The notes beneath the pieces were generated by a model. It did not search any database. It was not told where the DNA came from and saw only the letters and a list, made by a program, of their open reading frames with translations. Below are positions 21,801 through 30,418 of a stretch of DNA of 64,000 nucleotides, in pieces; within the stretch, counting starts at the first letter, position 1; each line of letters starts with the position of its first letter. Both the position numbers and the translations under genes were made by a program. Source of the DNA: a virus (taxonomy: Duplodnaviria; Heunggongvirae; Uroviricota; Caudoviricetes); IMG/VR virus record IMGVR_UViG_3300028584_000450, positions 95,394-159,393 of that record. One strand, given 5' to 3'.

Positions 21801-22514
21801 AGCTGTTACTGGTGCTGCTACATTTAATCCACTTTGAACTGCACTTCCTAAAAGACCTCCTCCGAGTCTTTCTGTTATACCAAATTCTCTAAAATGGGCC
21901 CATTGTTCAGGAGACATATGTCGTCTACCATAAAACATATCGGATGCTGTTGATTTAAATCCCGGGTCAAATGCAGTATATTTATTTTGTGGAGATGAAT
22001 GAGAAGAACTAACTCTACCCATATATCTTCTAGCCTGCTCAATATTTGAAAATTCAGAATCTAACTTCACATCAGTGGCACGGGTATTAAAATCTTTCCA
22101 TTTAGCAGCATATCGTGCTTGACGATCTAGAGTTGCTTGTGGATTATAATACGAACTGTAATATGGTATATTTGCAATTCCAGCATATGTTGTTGCTTTA
22201 CTTATTTTCCTAGATCTTGAATTTGCAGTTTCAATTTCTTTTTGACCATCTAATGAATTTTGAAGGTGAAGATCTTGTGCATTTCTATTTTCTCTATTTT
22301 GTCGAGCCTCTCTATTTTGTTGTAACCTTTCATCCTCTTTTAAAGTTTGCAAAGCTTGTGCTGTTTGTTCTCTTACTAATAATGATATTTCAGCATGTTG
22401 TTGTTTTTGATTATATTCTGGAAATTGCATTTGATTATTATATGGTTGTGGAATTGGACCATATCGTAATTGTTGTGCTGGTATATGATTTTGATTTTGA
22501 TTATTTGGTTGCAT
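15873..22514 (-). CDS. Tape measure protein with C-terminal T4-lysozyme-like (GH24) domain
   Basis: 2213 aa, Ala/Gly-rich helical segments; 'IRSHEG...YPDANGRSIGVGH...ALIDMVFNMG...NRA' lysozyme motif. Confidence 0.8.
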   Translation of the reverse strand: MQPNNQNQNHIPAQQLRYGPIPQPYNNQMQFPEYNQKQQHAEISLLVREQTAQALQTLKEDERLQQNREARQNRENRNAQDLHLQNSLDGQKEIETANSRSRKISKATTYAGIANIPYYSSYYNPQATLDRQARYAAKWKDFNTRATDVKLDSEFSNIEQARRYMGRVSSSHSSPQNKYTAFDPGFKSTASDMFYGRRHMSPEQWAHFREFGITERLGGGLLGSAVQSGLNVAAPVTATLGTAMPMMAAASLGNRMALNARRAKTQIQQKEQLGATGKAASLMNGLNSVKMAALATTGTLGFGMSQLPGMAMSGKAAALMGVTKGLTGKIGATALNGVGATGLAAGVTAPVIAGALTLALPSIAGAILNAKADNKRKKIRGGKESTSSLEKKTSRSRGLSSIISQLTSANELSAADQIKIELLKMIESHTSPISIIASATKYTEDQRTKDVNASTDEYRHTINRDKIEANEDPGIFQKTAKVSSYGFDRSVIGLQQLLARFPIQQLMTLILEGKGRGTVINEVDEMAFNRKLEYNRPQRLQKLSRETGLSLPHLKLLTTPSYTLLGGSESPEAKMITLQSGIFDLLRYQFKQGVEKSENTDISEPIFSPKDFGFWKNIPILGQALEGLQATAKFMWSPIKTITDPIKSLTNKAITSAKRFVLGDELTEHKKDPNILKKKLGLIKSIDEKKDLFFTIGLPNKLDEISTANLEEVNLLTSIDKNIQELVRIKGGTVTSTAESASRKIYDDISGEYYNQKSYDKLQELRKAKYTAEQNKMLDSTYGRRLKLVSKIQKLTPTKEVISGISGGLRGFRDELATLNDSERNPSRRLGNIGKSILSGLGKGIVDFRTTRTSRQSGVFDDPYKIGNIKTAEEIFGENEKAKLVAPINIKQNQSSSTGLSPDRIAQKLIREIRKFKKSTIQTLDLFRSKNETQLDIIANKLDNISNQTTLDLFRSKNETQLDIIANKLDNISNQTTLDLFRSKNETQLDIIANKLDNIKNPTPDLGEDQLNPPTPQDNIIDLIGIVKKNNITLDLFKIRNEAQLAELIKLSNSNKISIPKDVNVSDDYTSDIINPSPVISRLASKSKTPDDYNSDIINTPPPIITRMPKTPDDYVSDIINTPPPIITRMPKTPDDYNSNQNDIKSILNIVSIIPKLISNLSSQTSDDPKDPKSNGIKLSQIPINQDPIDLIGQNIQTSSKLDDPNDPKPTRAKLLQLPNIKQDAPDMVGQNNQSKIEDLERFKLRKLKLNKQRFRFHKLHKEEDWDSTEFKRGINRLDSLKPGDSREVITPKKGAVYHLHDGEVVSKPTTGLGHSSVTNELRELKDTQRENKEVQEIDSTLTYHKSFESFTGDLDTRLSDAYEQLKLIAERSLQNKDVFSGLAGLFSGGGLLKSLLSGGALAAITGALVPALTTSITAALAAAFIKSKSSPMSADLKVGSSILNGLSRLLKPITSGISGILGRLSGGTGKFLSEKAAGIGSSIAKKALPFGAAIGKKVIPFAKGIIESGTGLVKNSTVGKATIAGVAAAKNTKVGKIATSIGETALEYGGKATTAIKSSGVGKFAIDAAKSVGGIIPGSGNVIKATVKGTGKVGAKLIPGIGVGVGTGLAIKRVLHGDYTGASAEFASGALSLVPIFTLGLGSVASIAAQVAIEGWLIYHDIQLAKKTGVVSPELEQQGKDSLEALKKVCSKDVQILIGNDFGKFTELKKANKIVLDKTLDLWVTPNETKVPSEKAKSDYKGVLGEFKEETMTPTPPELGKPPKKLPIDRNSEEWKALPFIEKLKSRAEEAYKSPIIKSTVDTAKSIGTKIANSDTAQAIVNSAPAQAISNSTPINAIKESLGGETSYAIQTPLGPNLEQAFKSQIRSHEGNWATSYPDANGRSIGVGHFILKGEHFKEPISQDQIDVLFAKDFQTAVNEARRIEEFNMLEGDGVRQGALIDMVFNMGGGGVRGFKEMRKGIREKNWKYAAAEILNSDYGRGPTKNRARTIAKQMLTGDPKYIVHARTGAYYKPYPINRRHMFDGDYDSIPAEIHPNEAIVPLDSSQFQNIFGDLLQKSFTEHNQSRVIEQNSYSQENSNIVIGRLSTAIYTFSDEIAKLRNVNMNIDSQSTVGKIDPVEMTNAVHVPKYEETITGKMDLRKQAQVNIPPQAPPPAFSSPGVDQGTVNTHNLRSINGFAENMIDSIFKNTIISIESGITSFAMGQSPFQILR
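19105..19320 (-). repeat. In-frame 66-bp tandem repeat (TPDDYxSDIINTPPPIITRMPK)
   Basis: Units start at 19105, 19171, 19237; degenerate unit near 19309. Confidence 0.9.
19518..19745 (-). repeat. In-frame 81-bp tandem repeat x3 (LDLFRSKNETQLDIIANKLDNISNQTT)
   Basis: Near-identical DNA units at 19518, 19599, 19680. Confidence 0.9.
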
Positions 22515-22529
22515 TATTAATTCCTCATA

Positions 22530-25500
22530 TTAAAAAAATATTGGTAAATCTGAAGAATGTATTGTTTCAGAATCTTCATCTGTGATATATTCGAATCCAC
22601 CTTCATCTTCATTATACACCATATTTGATGAAATGGTTTTTAAATCTTTTATTCCTAAAATTGATGATTTTTCATTTTGTTGAAATTGGGTCTGAAATAT
22701 ACTAGAACTCAATAATGGTTGTATTTCTAATATCGATAATCGTTTTATATATGCACATAATGCACTAGCCATGAATAAATCATCATGTTTACCAGATTGT
22801 GCTGAAACAGTTCCATTATATTTCCGTTCAATTAAATGTAATTGAGCTATTAAATCATTACTTTTAATTAATTCTGGATCTTGAATTAAATTATCATATA
22901 AACAAGAAACCATAGTCCCTTTATTTTGTGCATTTGTATTAATACCAGATTGACTTTCAATTCTCTGTTTATGTACAATTCGACCTTTTTCAGACTTCAT
23001 TACACTTTTTGTTGGGGTGTATACAAAATCCATATATCCAAACCCATCATCTGCATTTTCTAAATTTTCAATAATTGCAGCTCCAATAGAATTGTTCTCA
23101 ATACAAAGTATAACTCTATCATTCATTATGCTACATAAATGTCTAGTTAAATACATTAACACTTCACTGTATTTTTTTAGTGATCCAAGTTTACCGAAAT
23201 ATTCTCCAACTTGAATAAAATTAGCATATGAAAATATTTCAATAGCATTATAATCTCCAATTAATGATTTTGCACTATCTACACCAACTAATAGAAAATC
23301 TCCAACATCAAATTGTTCGGTATAGAAATTTAATCTAGTTGCATGTGGCATTTTTAAATGACCAGTACTTTTTATTGGTTTTAATTTTGCCAAAAAATCA
23401 TCATCAAAAATACAATTTGTCGAACCTACAAATTTAAGATCTAGCTCTTGATTGATTTTACGACTATCAAAGTTTAGATCTCGACATTGAGTTCTATACC
23501 AAGCTTCATCTTTTTCTGGATCTTCACTCCAATGATATCTAATATTAGCAAATCCATTTCGTTCTGGATTATCAATTATTTCAGCACCATCATCTGTAAT
23601 TTGATCTACATCATCAAATAATTCCTCTCCTGGAACTGCAAATTGGTGCATATCATAAAACCATTCCGTTATATTCAATAAGGATCGCGACTCCCTTACC
23701 CGCAATATTCTGCTGCTATATATTTCTATATAGACTAGACTATATCTTCATCCTTTTAAATTATTTAAATATGTTTCCAAAGTTTATTGCTTCTAATGTT
23801 ACTGATTGTAGATCTACTAACACCAAACATTTTTCCAAGTTCAACATTTGTATGATATGGTAATAGTTCTCTAATTTCATAAACATCCCGATCTAATAAT
23901 TTAGAATTTCCATTACTCTCACCAGGACGAGATAAATTAAGAATTTTAATACGAATCATTTTTAATGATTGTGGATCAATATGATTCAATCTACTTCCAT
24001 TTAAGATGCTTCTTAATCTTCGCTGAGAAATATTCCAATCATTAGAAATATCTGCTAAATCTATATATTTTCCAGATTCGATATTATTAATTATTTTTAA
24101 AACATCACCATCTGAAAGAATGCAATTTGGATTTGATGATCCGGTTAATGACCGATTTTTTAATACCATATCTTTAGAATTCAGTTCAGCATCTCCAATA
24201 AAAAAATGATATGGATTTACACATATTGGATTATCACATGTATGACAAACATATTGCTCAGATGTGATAATACCATTAAAACACATATATGAAAATCTAT
24301 GCGCTCGAATATTATTTCCAAATATGTGAAATTGACCATATCCATCTGAAAATTTCCCATATAACCATTCCATGCATTCGTCAAAATTAACAGAACCATC
24401 TGGATTTCGGATAATATTAACTTTACTCCAAAATCTATCAATATCCTTTTGTGGATAATTTAGTACATTGTATTCCATAATTTTCTCCTGTTTCGAGAAA
24501 ACATATAAATGGTGGAGGTAAGAATAAATTAGAAACAGTAATTTATTCAAGATGATCAGTCCTGTCCCTCCATAATGAAACTTTAAAAGGATGTCTCGCG
24601 CTTCGGATCCGCTTAGATCCTACTCCCTTCCGGGATAGTCGTTGAACCTTCACCATATAAGATTGCGAATCTTACGTATGAGCTTGGCTGCTGATTGTCC
24701 AATTCAAGTAATTTTTGACTCTCACGCTTGCCGTTTCCAGCTACGTTGTAGTTTACTTGACTCTAAGGAGTTTCCAGCAATTCACGAGATTATTCGATAT
24801 ACATTACTGTATAAAGCGGCCATATTAAAAACCGTCACCAATACTACCGTTAGGTGTAGAGGTAATTAACGTAAAATAAGGATACATATTCTTCTCTGCT
24901 TGAACCCTTGCTCTAGACAATGTGGGTTGAGCACTCCCATAGGCTTCAGAGATATGTCGAATGAATGCCGCCTCATCAATATATAAAATTGCACTTGTTA
25001 ATGAACGCGCAAGAGTATCCGGGCTTGTTGTGGATGATGGGTAAAACACTTTCATTACAGCTCCATGTGTATATTCTAAAAATGTTTTTCTGTCACCTTT
25101 AAACTTTAATGGAGTTTGTAATTGTGGTGGTAAATGTTCATGTATAAATTTAACTTTATTCAAATTCTCGAATGCATAATCTTTAGTTGCATTTAGAATA
25201 ATAGCTCGTGCATTTGGATAGAAATTATTAGCCCACTCAAGAATACATGCAGCAATTGTTGATTTTCCCAATTGTCTACTTGCCATCAATATACATCTAT
25301 GGAATCGTATAACAGATCTTACCACTTGTTTAATTTTTCCATTCATTATACTTTTTTCATATTTAAGAATTCCTCCAATTTCTGGAATGAATACATAATT
25401 ATAAATAAAATAAAATGGATTGATTTTACATTTATACCATTCTAAAGATTGTTCTTGTGCAGTCCATTTACTGGCCACATTATGAATGTGTTTAACATCA

Positions 25501-25673
25501 AATGGTTTTTGTATATTAGATAATGATATTATTGGACTTTTAATTATTGGAGGTTGGATTATTGTGGAATTAGATGATACTATTTTATTTGGATTAGCAG
25601 AAATGATGATTTTTCCATTCTCTATAATTGGAATAGATCCACCTGGGATGTGTGTAAATGGAGTTGAGTTCAT
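22530..25673 (-). CDS. terL: Terminase large subunit, two exons: join(24831..25673, 22530..23666), 659 aa spliced
   Basis: 'ASRQLGKS' Walker A, 'LYIDEAAF' Walker B; splice gives STPNGSIGDG|EWFYDMH; nuclease 'GVDSA...HDDLFMA'. Confidence 0.9.
23667..24830 (-). mobile_element. Group I intron in terL carrying an HNH endonuclease
   Basis: P1 CGGU/GCCG; GAATTGCTGGAAA, AATCAGCAG, GTTCAACGACTA, AAGATATAGTCT; terminal G at 23667. Confidence 0.92.
23765..24478 (-). CDS. Intron-encoded HNH homing endonuclease with C-terminal HTH repeats
   Basis: 'AHRFSY...VCHTCDNPICVNPYH'; AGGAG RBS before ATG 24478 (the ORF-track start at 24550 lies in structured RNA). Confidence 0.88.
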   Translation of the reverse strand: MEYNVLNYPQKDIDRFWSKVNIIRNPDGSVNFDECMEWLYGKFSDGYGQFHIFGNNIRAHRFSYMCFNGIITSEQYVCHTCDNPICVNPYHFFIGDAELNSKDMVLKNRSLTGSSNPNCILSDGDVLKIINNIESGKYIDLADISNDWNISQRRLRSILNGSRLNHIDPQSLKMIRIKILNLSRPGESNGNSKLLDRDVYEIRELLPYHTNVELGKMFGVSRSTISNIRSNKLWKHI

Positions 25674-26152
25674 ATTTTCGCCTTTTCATAATTAATTTTT
25701 TTAATCTTATCTGAAATAGACAACCACCAAATATTCCATTTTGAATTCTGTCCAAGATTCATATATCTATACCAATTTATAGTTGCAATACAAATAAAAA
25801 ATCTATTCGAATGATACATATATGAAGACATCACCCCTGTTAATTCATTGAGCTTTTGGACTATTTGTATAATTTCAGAAGCATCTGTAGTTATAAATTC
25901 AAATATAATATTACTTACATGAGTTCTATCAAAACCAGCAGAAGTTGAAATTAATTTAAATTTAACATCAATATCAAACAATGGAGCCACCATTGATTCA
26001 GACAGTACATTATCAAATTGAATGTTATTTAATTCATATTTAGGGAAAATTATATCATCACTTAATTTTGCTTGAGATAATTTCCCATATGCTGTAAAAT
26101 ATGCGAGATTAAAGTTTGTAGTAAATTTAGTAGGATATTGCATTTCATGCAC
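25670..26152 (-). CDS. Hypothetical protein, paralog of 26527..27051
   Basis: Shared 'S.G.D......IF...IC.AT.NWY......W..WW..I...IKK'. Confidence 0.65.
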   Translation of the reverse strand: MHEMQYPTKFTTNFNLAYFTAYGKLSQAKLSDDIIFPKYELNNIQFDNVLSESMVAPLFDIDVKFKLISTSAGFDRTHVSNIIFEFITTDASEIIQIVQKLNELTGVMSSYMYHSNRFFICIATINWYRYMNLGQNSKWNIWWLSISDKIKKINYEKAKI

Positions 26153-26161
26153 CTATGGATT

Positions 26162-26197
26162 AAAAAAAAGGTCACTTACCGAAGCAAGCAACCTTTT
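26162..26197 (-). terminator. Rho-independent terminator with UUCG loop
   Basis: AAAGGTTGCTTGC-TTCG-GTAAGTGACCTTTTTTTT. Confidence 0.85.
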
Positions 26198-26200
26198 ATA

Positions 26201-26518
26201 TTATTTACGAGCTTCACGTCTTGCCCGACAACTACTGCATCCACCCTTTCCATTATTTCGGATTCTTGCTTGATCTGCTGCCGAAATAGGTCTAGAATTT
26301 ACACGTCTTGTTGGCGTAGTTGTTTTTGTAATTGTAGCAGGTTCAATTTCACCAGATGGGATTGAAGTTGCAACAGTGCTATTTTCTCTAGTAATTACAG
26401 GATGTAAGTCGGTTTGGGTTTGAGCTTTTTTTAATCTCAAAACTCCAACTGGAATTACTTTTTTAACAGTTTGCGAAGTCGGAATACTACTTGGACTTGG
26501 TTTTCGAATACGTATCAT
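26201..26518 (-). CDS. Small basic Pro/Thr-rich protein with C-terminal CxxC
   Basis: GGAG RBS; followed by terminator. Confidence 0.6.
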   Translation of the reverse strand: MIRIRKPSPSSIPTSQTVKKVIPVGVLRLKKAQTQTDLHPVITRENSTVATSIPSGEIEPATITKTTTPTRRVNSRPISAADQARIRNNGKGGCSSCRARREARK

Positions 26519-26526
26519 AAAATCTC

Positions 26527-27051
26527 CTAATTAGCAACTGCCTTTTTAATTCTAGTGGCTATATCTTGCCACCAATTTCTCCAACTATCATTATTTTGTC
26601 CATCAACATACCAATTTCTAGTAGCAACACATATTCTATAGTGGCCACCCATTCCAATATTTTTCATAGATTTAGTTTTAAACCTATTATTATTTAGAGT
26701 ATTAACAATCTGCTCTAAATAATATACATCTTGATTTATCGGTTTAAATATAACATGGGAAATTCTATCAGCATCATGGCCAGAACATACAGATGTAATT
26801 TCAACTTCATCTATATTATTTAAATCATCCAACCATTTATTATCTAACTCAGAATCAACGAACATCCCATGATATAGTTTTTCAGTATTATTAAATTGAC
26901 GTCTAATTGGATTAATTGGAAGTTTATTATATACAGTTTGATATGCCATTGTCATAGCATTCATCTTTCCAGTAGCATTTTGGTTATTATTTGGTTTAAA
27001 TCTAAACATTCCCATATCAAATTCCTCATTCAAATGAAATTGTGACTTCAA
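26527..27051 (-). CDS. Hypothetical protein, paralog of 25670..26152
   Basis: See shared motif above. Confidence 0.65.
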   Translation of the reverse strand: MKSQFHLNEEFDMGMFRFKPNNNQNATGKMNAMTMAYQTVYNKLPINPIRRQFNNTEKLYHGMFVDSELDNKWLDDLNNIDEVEITSVCSGHDADRISHVIFKPINQDVYYLEQIVNTLNNNRFKTKSMKNIGMGGHYRICVATRNWYVDGQNNDSWRNWWQDIATRIKKAVAN

Positions 27052-29422
27052 TATTATCTAAATCCCACCATATATAAAATGGACAATATGTAACTGAATC
27101 TAGTTTATTAAATTCACTAACAATTTGACGCTGATCGAAGACCTCAATATTAGCATCCATTAATTCCTGATTAAGAGAATCATAAATATGGACATCACAA
27201 TATTTAATATATGGGAAATCGTGAATAATGTCTATTATTTGTGTTTTATAAAATGATACTTGTAATCCAGTGTAAGTGTCGTATAATTTTGTTGCAAGAT
27301 TGACTTTAATATCATCTTCAACTGTTATACTATTAATTTCACTAGTTTTCGATTTATACATAACAACTAATACTTTTAATTTTAACGGCAAATGTAATTC
27401 GATATTATGAGATTGTATAGTTGTTGATTGAGTTATATTGGATCTAATTATTTCTGTATTTAAAAATCGAACTTGAACGTCATCGGAAATCATTCTATTT
27501 TCTTTAATTGAAAGTTTTCCAAAAGTATTTCTAAATTTCTCTTCATAAATCAATGGGTCTTTAATATACTGGGACATCAACATCACTGGTATATTGAGAA
27601 TATAACTTTCTGCAGCCATTCCAGTTATTGGATTAAATGGACCCTCACCATTACATAAATCCCATTCAGTTGTAGGACATTCATATTGCTTTAGAGTTAA
27701 TATATCTGTGATGTCTTCCATTAAACATACATTATCAATAGAATAATTAAATAGATGAATTCCAGAACTAAATAATTCAGCTTTAATATCCATACACACA
27801 TCAATTATAGTACATTCAGAGGTATGATAATATTCATGTATGTTATCATCATATAATGACATGCATGCATTCACATTTAAAATTGGGATTTTTAAATGAC
27901 ATACAATATTTGATACATCTTGATATGATTGTATTGTAATTCTCGTGGAATTAATATCTGCTCGATATTGAAAATGTAAACTTAATGGAACTGGGCTAGC
28001 AGAAACTCCATCTGGTAATACAACATCCGTTCCAACAATAACATCAATTATTTTAAAATATGTTGAATATGTTTCTTTATAAATATATCCTTTATAGTCT
28101 CTCATTAATGAATCTAAAATATATAAAAATGGACTGATATATTCTTTTTCTCCATCTAAAGAATCCTGAATTATAATTGGCTTATATACAGTTGATGAAT
28201 TTATTGGATTAAAATCTGAATGTAATACTGAAATTGATTTTGATGATATTGGTAATAAATATTTGTCTTTAAGTAATATAAATGCATATATTGTATTATC
28301 TATTGGATGGGTCTTTTTAAACATCAACAACATATCTGTAACATAATCTTCTAAAATATTATAAAAATCAGTTTCAGACATCATACTTTCTCTAGTCTGA
28401 ACAAATTTTATAATATCATTTCTTAAATCTTCTCCAGTTAAAATATCAGTTCCGCTATCACCATAATCAACGTTCATGGAAATAAATGATGCTGGATCTG
28501 CAGAAAAAAATGCAGTACCTTCAGTTTCGGTATCAAATATTTTAGCAAGTCCAGTAATTGGAGTTAATGTATTAGAAGATATATTACCTTCGGTTCCTTT
28601 GGTGATTTTTAATTTTAATTTGATTTGGCTCTCAGGAATATATTTTCCATGGATTCCTGATCCAAATTCAAGAAGTAATTTATTATTTGGTAAATATCGA
28701 ACAAAAATCACATCTTCAGAAGCCAATGTAAAATATTTAATATTTCGAACATCAAAAGAAACAAATTCATCTGAATTCGATAATTTAGCATCTACCTTGA
28801 TTTCATAAACAGTACCATCTTGTTCAAGATCTATTATTTTTTGAAAATATGTACCCTCTGAATAAAATGGAATTGAAAATTCAATATTTAATGAAGAATA
28901 TTGGTATATATCATTTATGGGTACAGTTTGGTCAGTCTCGCTATATGGAACATATACAACTTCACCAGATGATTTTGTTATTTGACATGATTGGTTTGTA
29001 ATTGTATATATAGATTCCATCGTATATTCAAGAGCATTAAGTTTAAATGTCAAACCACTAATAATGATTTCTCGTCCAGATGGGTTTGCCGTTGGTGGTA
29101 AATTTAATTTATTTACTTTTAAACTTCCTGTAAGAGTTGCAGCATTGGCTATCATTGGATTATATCCAAAAATCGTTCCATGTAAATTTAGATTTTCATC
29201 TTGATCTGCAACTGCTAAAAAAGCTTCCCTGAATAGAGTATCGTAATATTGTTTAACATCAAATTGGGTATTTGCAAATAGATGAATAAAGAATCCAATA
29301 AATCCAACTTTAGATATTTGCAATCCTCTAGATTGTAATCTGTCTTTAATTTGAGGATAATAATAGTTAATAAAGTCCTCTGGAGAAGTCAAATCACCTA
29401 AATTTTGTAAAGATTCACTCAT
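27026..29422 (-). CDS. Baseplate wedge protein (gp6-like)
   Basis: 'REAFLAVA...LHGTIFGY', 'LEFGSGIHGK', 'G.D..TGEDLR' baseplate J/gp6 pattern. Confidence 0.7.
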   Translation of the reverse strand: MSESLQNLGDLTSPEDFINYYYPQIKDRLQSRGLQISKVGFIGFFIHLFANTQFDVKQYYDTLFREAFLAVADQDENLNLHGTIFGYNPMIANAATLTGSLKVNKLNLPPTANPSGREIIISGLTFKLNALEYTMESIYTITNQSCQITKSSGEVVYVPYSETDQTVPINDIYQYSSLNIEFSIPFYSEGTYFQKIIDLEQDGTVYEIKVDAKLSNSDEFVSFDVRNIKYFTLASEDVIFVRYLPNNKLLLEFGSGIHGKYIPESQIKLKLKITKGTEGNISSNTLTPITGLAKIFDTETEGTAFFSADPASFISMNVDYGDSGTDILTGEDLRNDIIKFVQTRESMMSETDFYNILEDYVTDMLLMFKKTHPIDNTIYAFILLKDKYLLPISSKSISVLHSDFNPINSSTVYKPIIIQDSLDGEKEYISPFLYILDSLMRDYKGYIYKETYSTYFKIIDVIVGTDVVLPDGVSASPVPLSLHFQYRADINSTRITIQSYQDVSNIVCHLKIPILNVNACMSLYDDNIHEYYHTSECTIIDVCMDIKAELFSSGIHLFNYSIDNVCLMEDITDILTLKQYECPTTEWDLCNGEGPFNPITGMAAESYILNIPVMLMSQYIKDPLIYEEKFRNTFGKLSIKENRMISDDVQVRFLNTEIIRSNITQSTTIQSHNIELHLPLKLKVLVVMYKSKTSEINSITVEDDIKVNLATKLYDTYTGLQVSFYKTQIIDIIHDFPYIKYCDVHIYDSLNQELMDANIEVFDQRQIVSEFNKLDSVTYCPFYIWWDLDNIEVTISFE

Positions 29423-29433
29423 TCGTTATCCTC

Positions 29434-30306
29434 TTATGCATAATTAGAATATGCGTTACCATTATTAATAGTAGCTGAAAGGTTTCCAATTGGATCATCG
29501 ACTTTAACTGCATTATCTCCATATGCAGCAAAACAAAGTTGTTTTAGTTCTTCATAAATCCATGGGTTTGTTTCTCGCAATGCCCCATATACGCATTGGC
29601 GATATAATGGACATGAATATGAAATTGGCAACATTGTTATTTCATTACTATCTCGCCGCCCAATAACTTCTTTATCTGGAAGTGTAATTGGAAAAATTCC
29701 TGTCGCTTTACCTACATAGACCAAGTCGCCCCATTTATTACCCCTAGATGGTTTAAATCTTGCAACATATGCCGATGTTGCATAATCAATTTCACCAAAA
29801 CTACTCTCTTTTGGGTTTCTATATTTTTTAGCTGGAGCAACAACACCTCTTGATACATCTTCAATATAATCAATCCACATTTTATGCATACCAAAAGATT
29901 CAAGACGGGTAGTATCTATAAAGTTAATTTGAAGTTGTCCACTTGAAACCACCTCAGCACCATAACTTAAAGATCCGCTACCAGTTGGTATTGCAGATGT
30001 AGTCACACTTATTGGAGGAGGAGTAAAATCCATTGCCAGAAATGCAAACATTTTAGTGATTTGACCTAAATCAGAATCAGCAGCATATGATAATTTATAT
30101 CCAGATAAATCTGGAGGCAACATAAATATCAAAACATATCCATTAATGTCTGGAGAAAATTTTCGACCTTGATCTGCATTATATCCCATCAACATATGAT
30201 TGAAATAATTTAATACTTTATTATCAAATAAAGATGCATTTAATGTTCGGTCCATTAATGGATCATCAGCTGTAAGATCGTCAACTATAAAATCAGATTG
30301 TGCCAT
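29434..30306 (-). CDS. Putative tail tube protein
   Basis: 290 aa, beta-rich, 'WIDYI...GIFP' pattern, next to baseplate gene. Confidence 0.5.
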   Translation of the reverse strand: MAQSDFIVDDLTADDPLMDRTLNASLFDNKVLNYFNHMLMGYNADQGRKFSPDINGYVLIFMLPPDLSGYKLSYAADSDLGQITKMFAFLAMDFTPPPISVTTSAIPTGSGSLSYGAEVVSSGQLQINFIDTTRLESFGMHKMWIDYIEDVSRGVVAPAKKYRNPKESSFGEIDYATSAYVARFKPSRGNKWGDLVYVGKATGIFPITLPDKEVIGRRDSNEITMLPISYSCPLYRQCVYGALRETNPWIYEELKQLCFAAYGDNAVKVDDPIGNLSATINNGNAYSNYA

Positions 30307-30377
30307 AATACATTACCTTTACTTAATAAAAATAAAAAAAATATCAGGATCAATAGTATTGACCGAAATATAAAGTG

Positions 30378-30414
30378 ATCCTACCATTAATAACTTAATT
30401 ATTAATGGTAGGAT
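30378..30414. other. 16-bp perfect intergenic stem-loop
   Basis: ATCCTACCATTAATAA / TTATTAATGGTAGGAT. Confidence 0.8.
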
Positions 30415-30418
30415 TTAA

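Noticed and set aside
24479-24550. ORF-track N-terminal extensions (HNH from 24550, GIY-YIG from 41240, also 9682, 39322, 43105, 55974, 58031)
   Set aside because: They overlap structured RNA or upstream genes; better RBS-ATG pairs lie downstream
24513-24572. Hammerhead ribozyme (CUGAUCA resembles CUGAUGA)
   Set aside because: No GAAA or correct core geometry; the other copies read UUGAUCA and CUGGCCA
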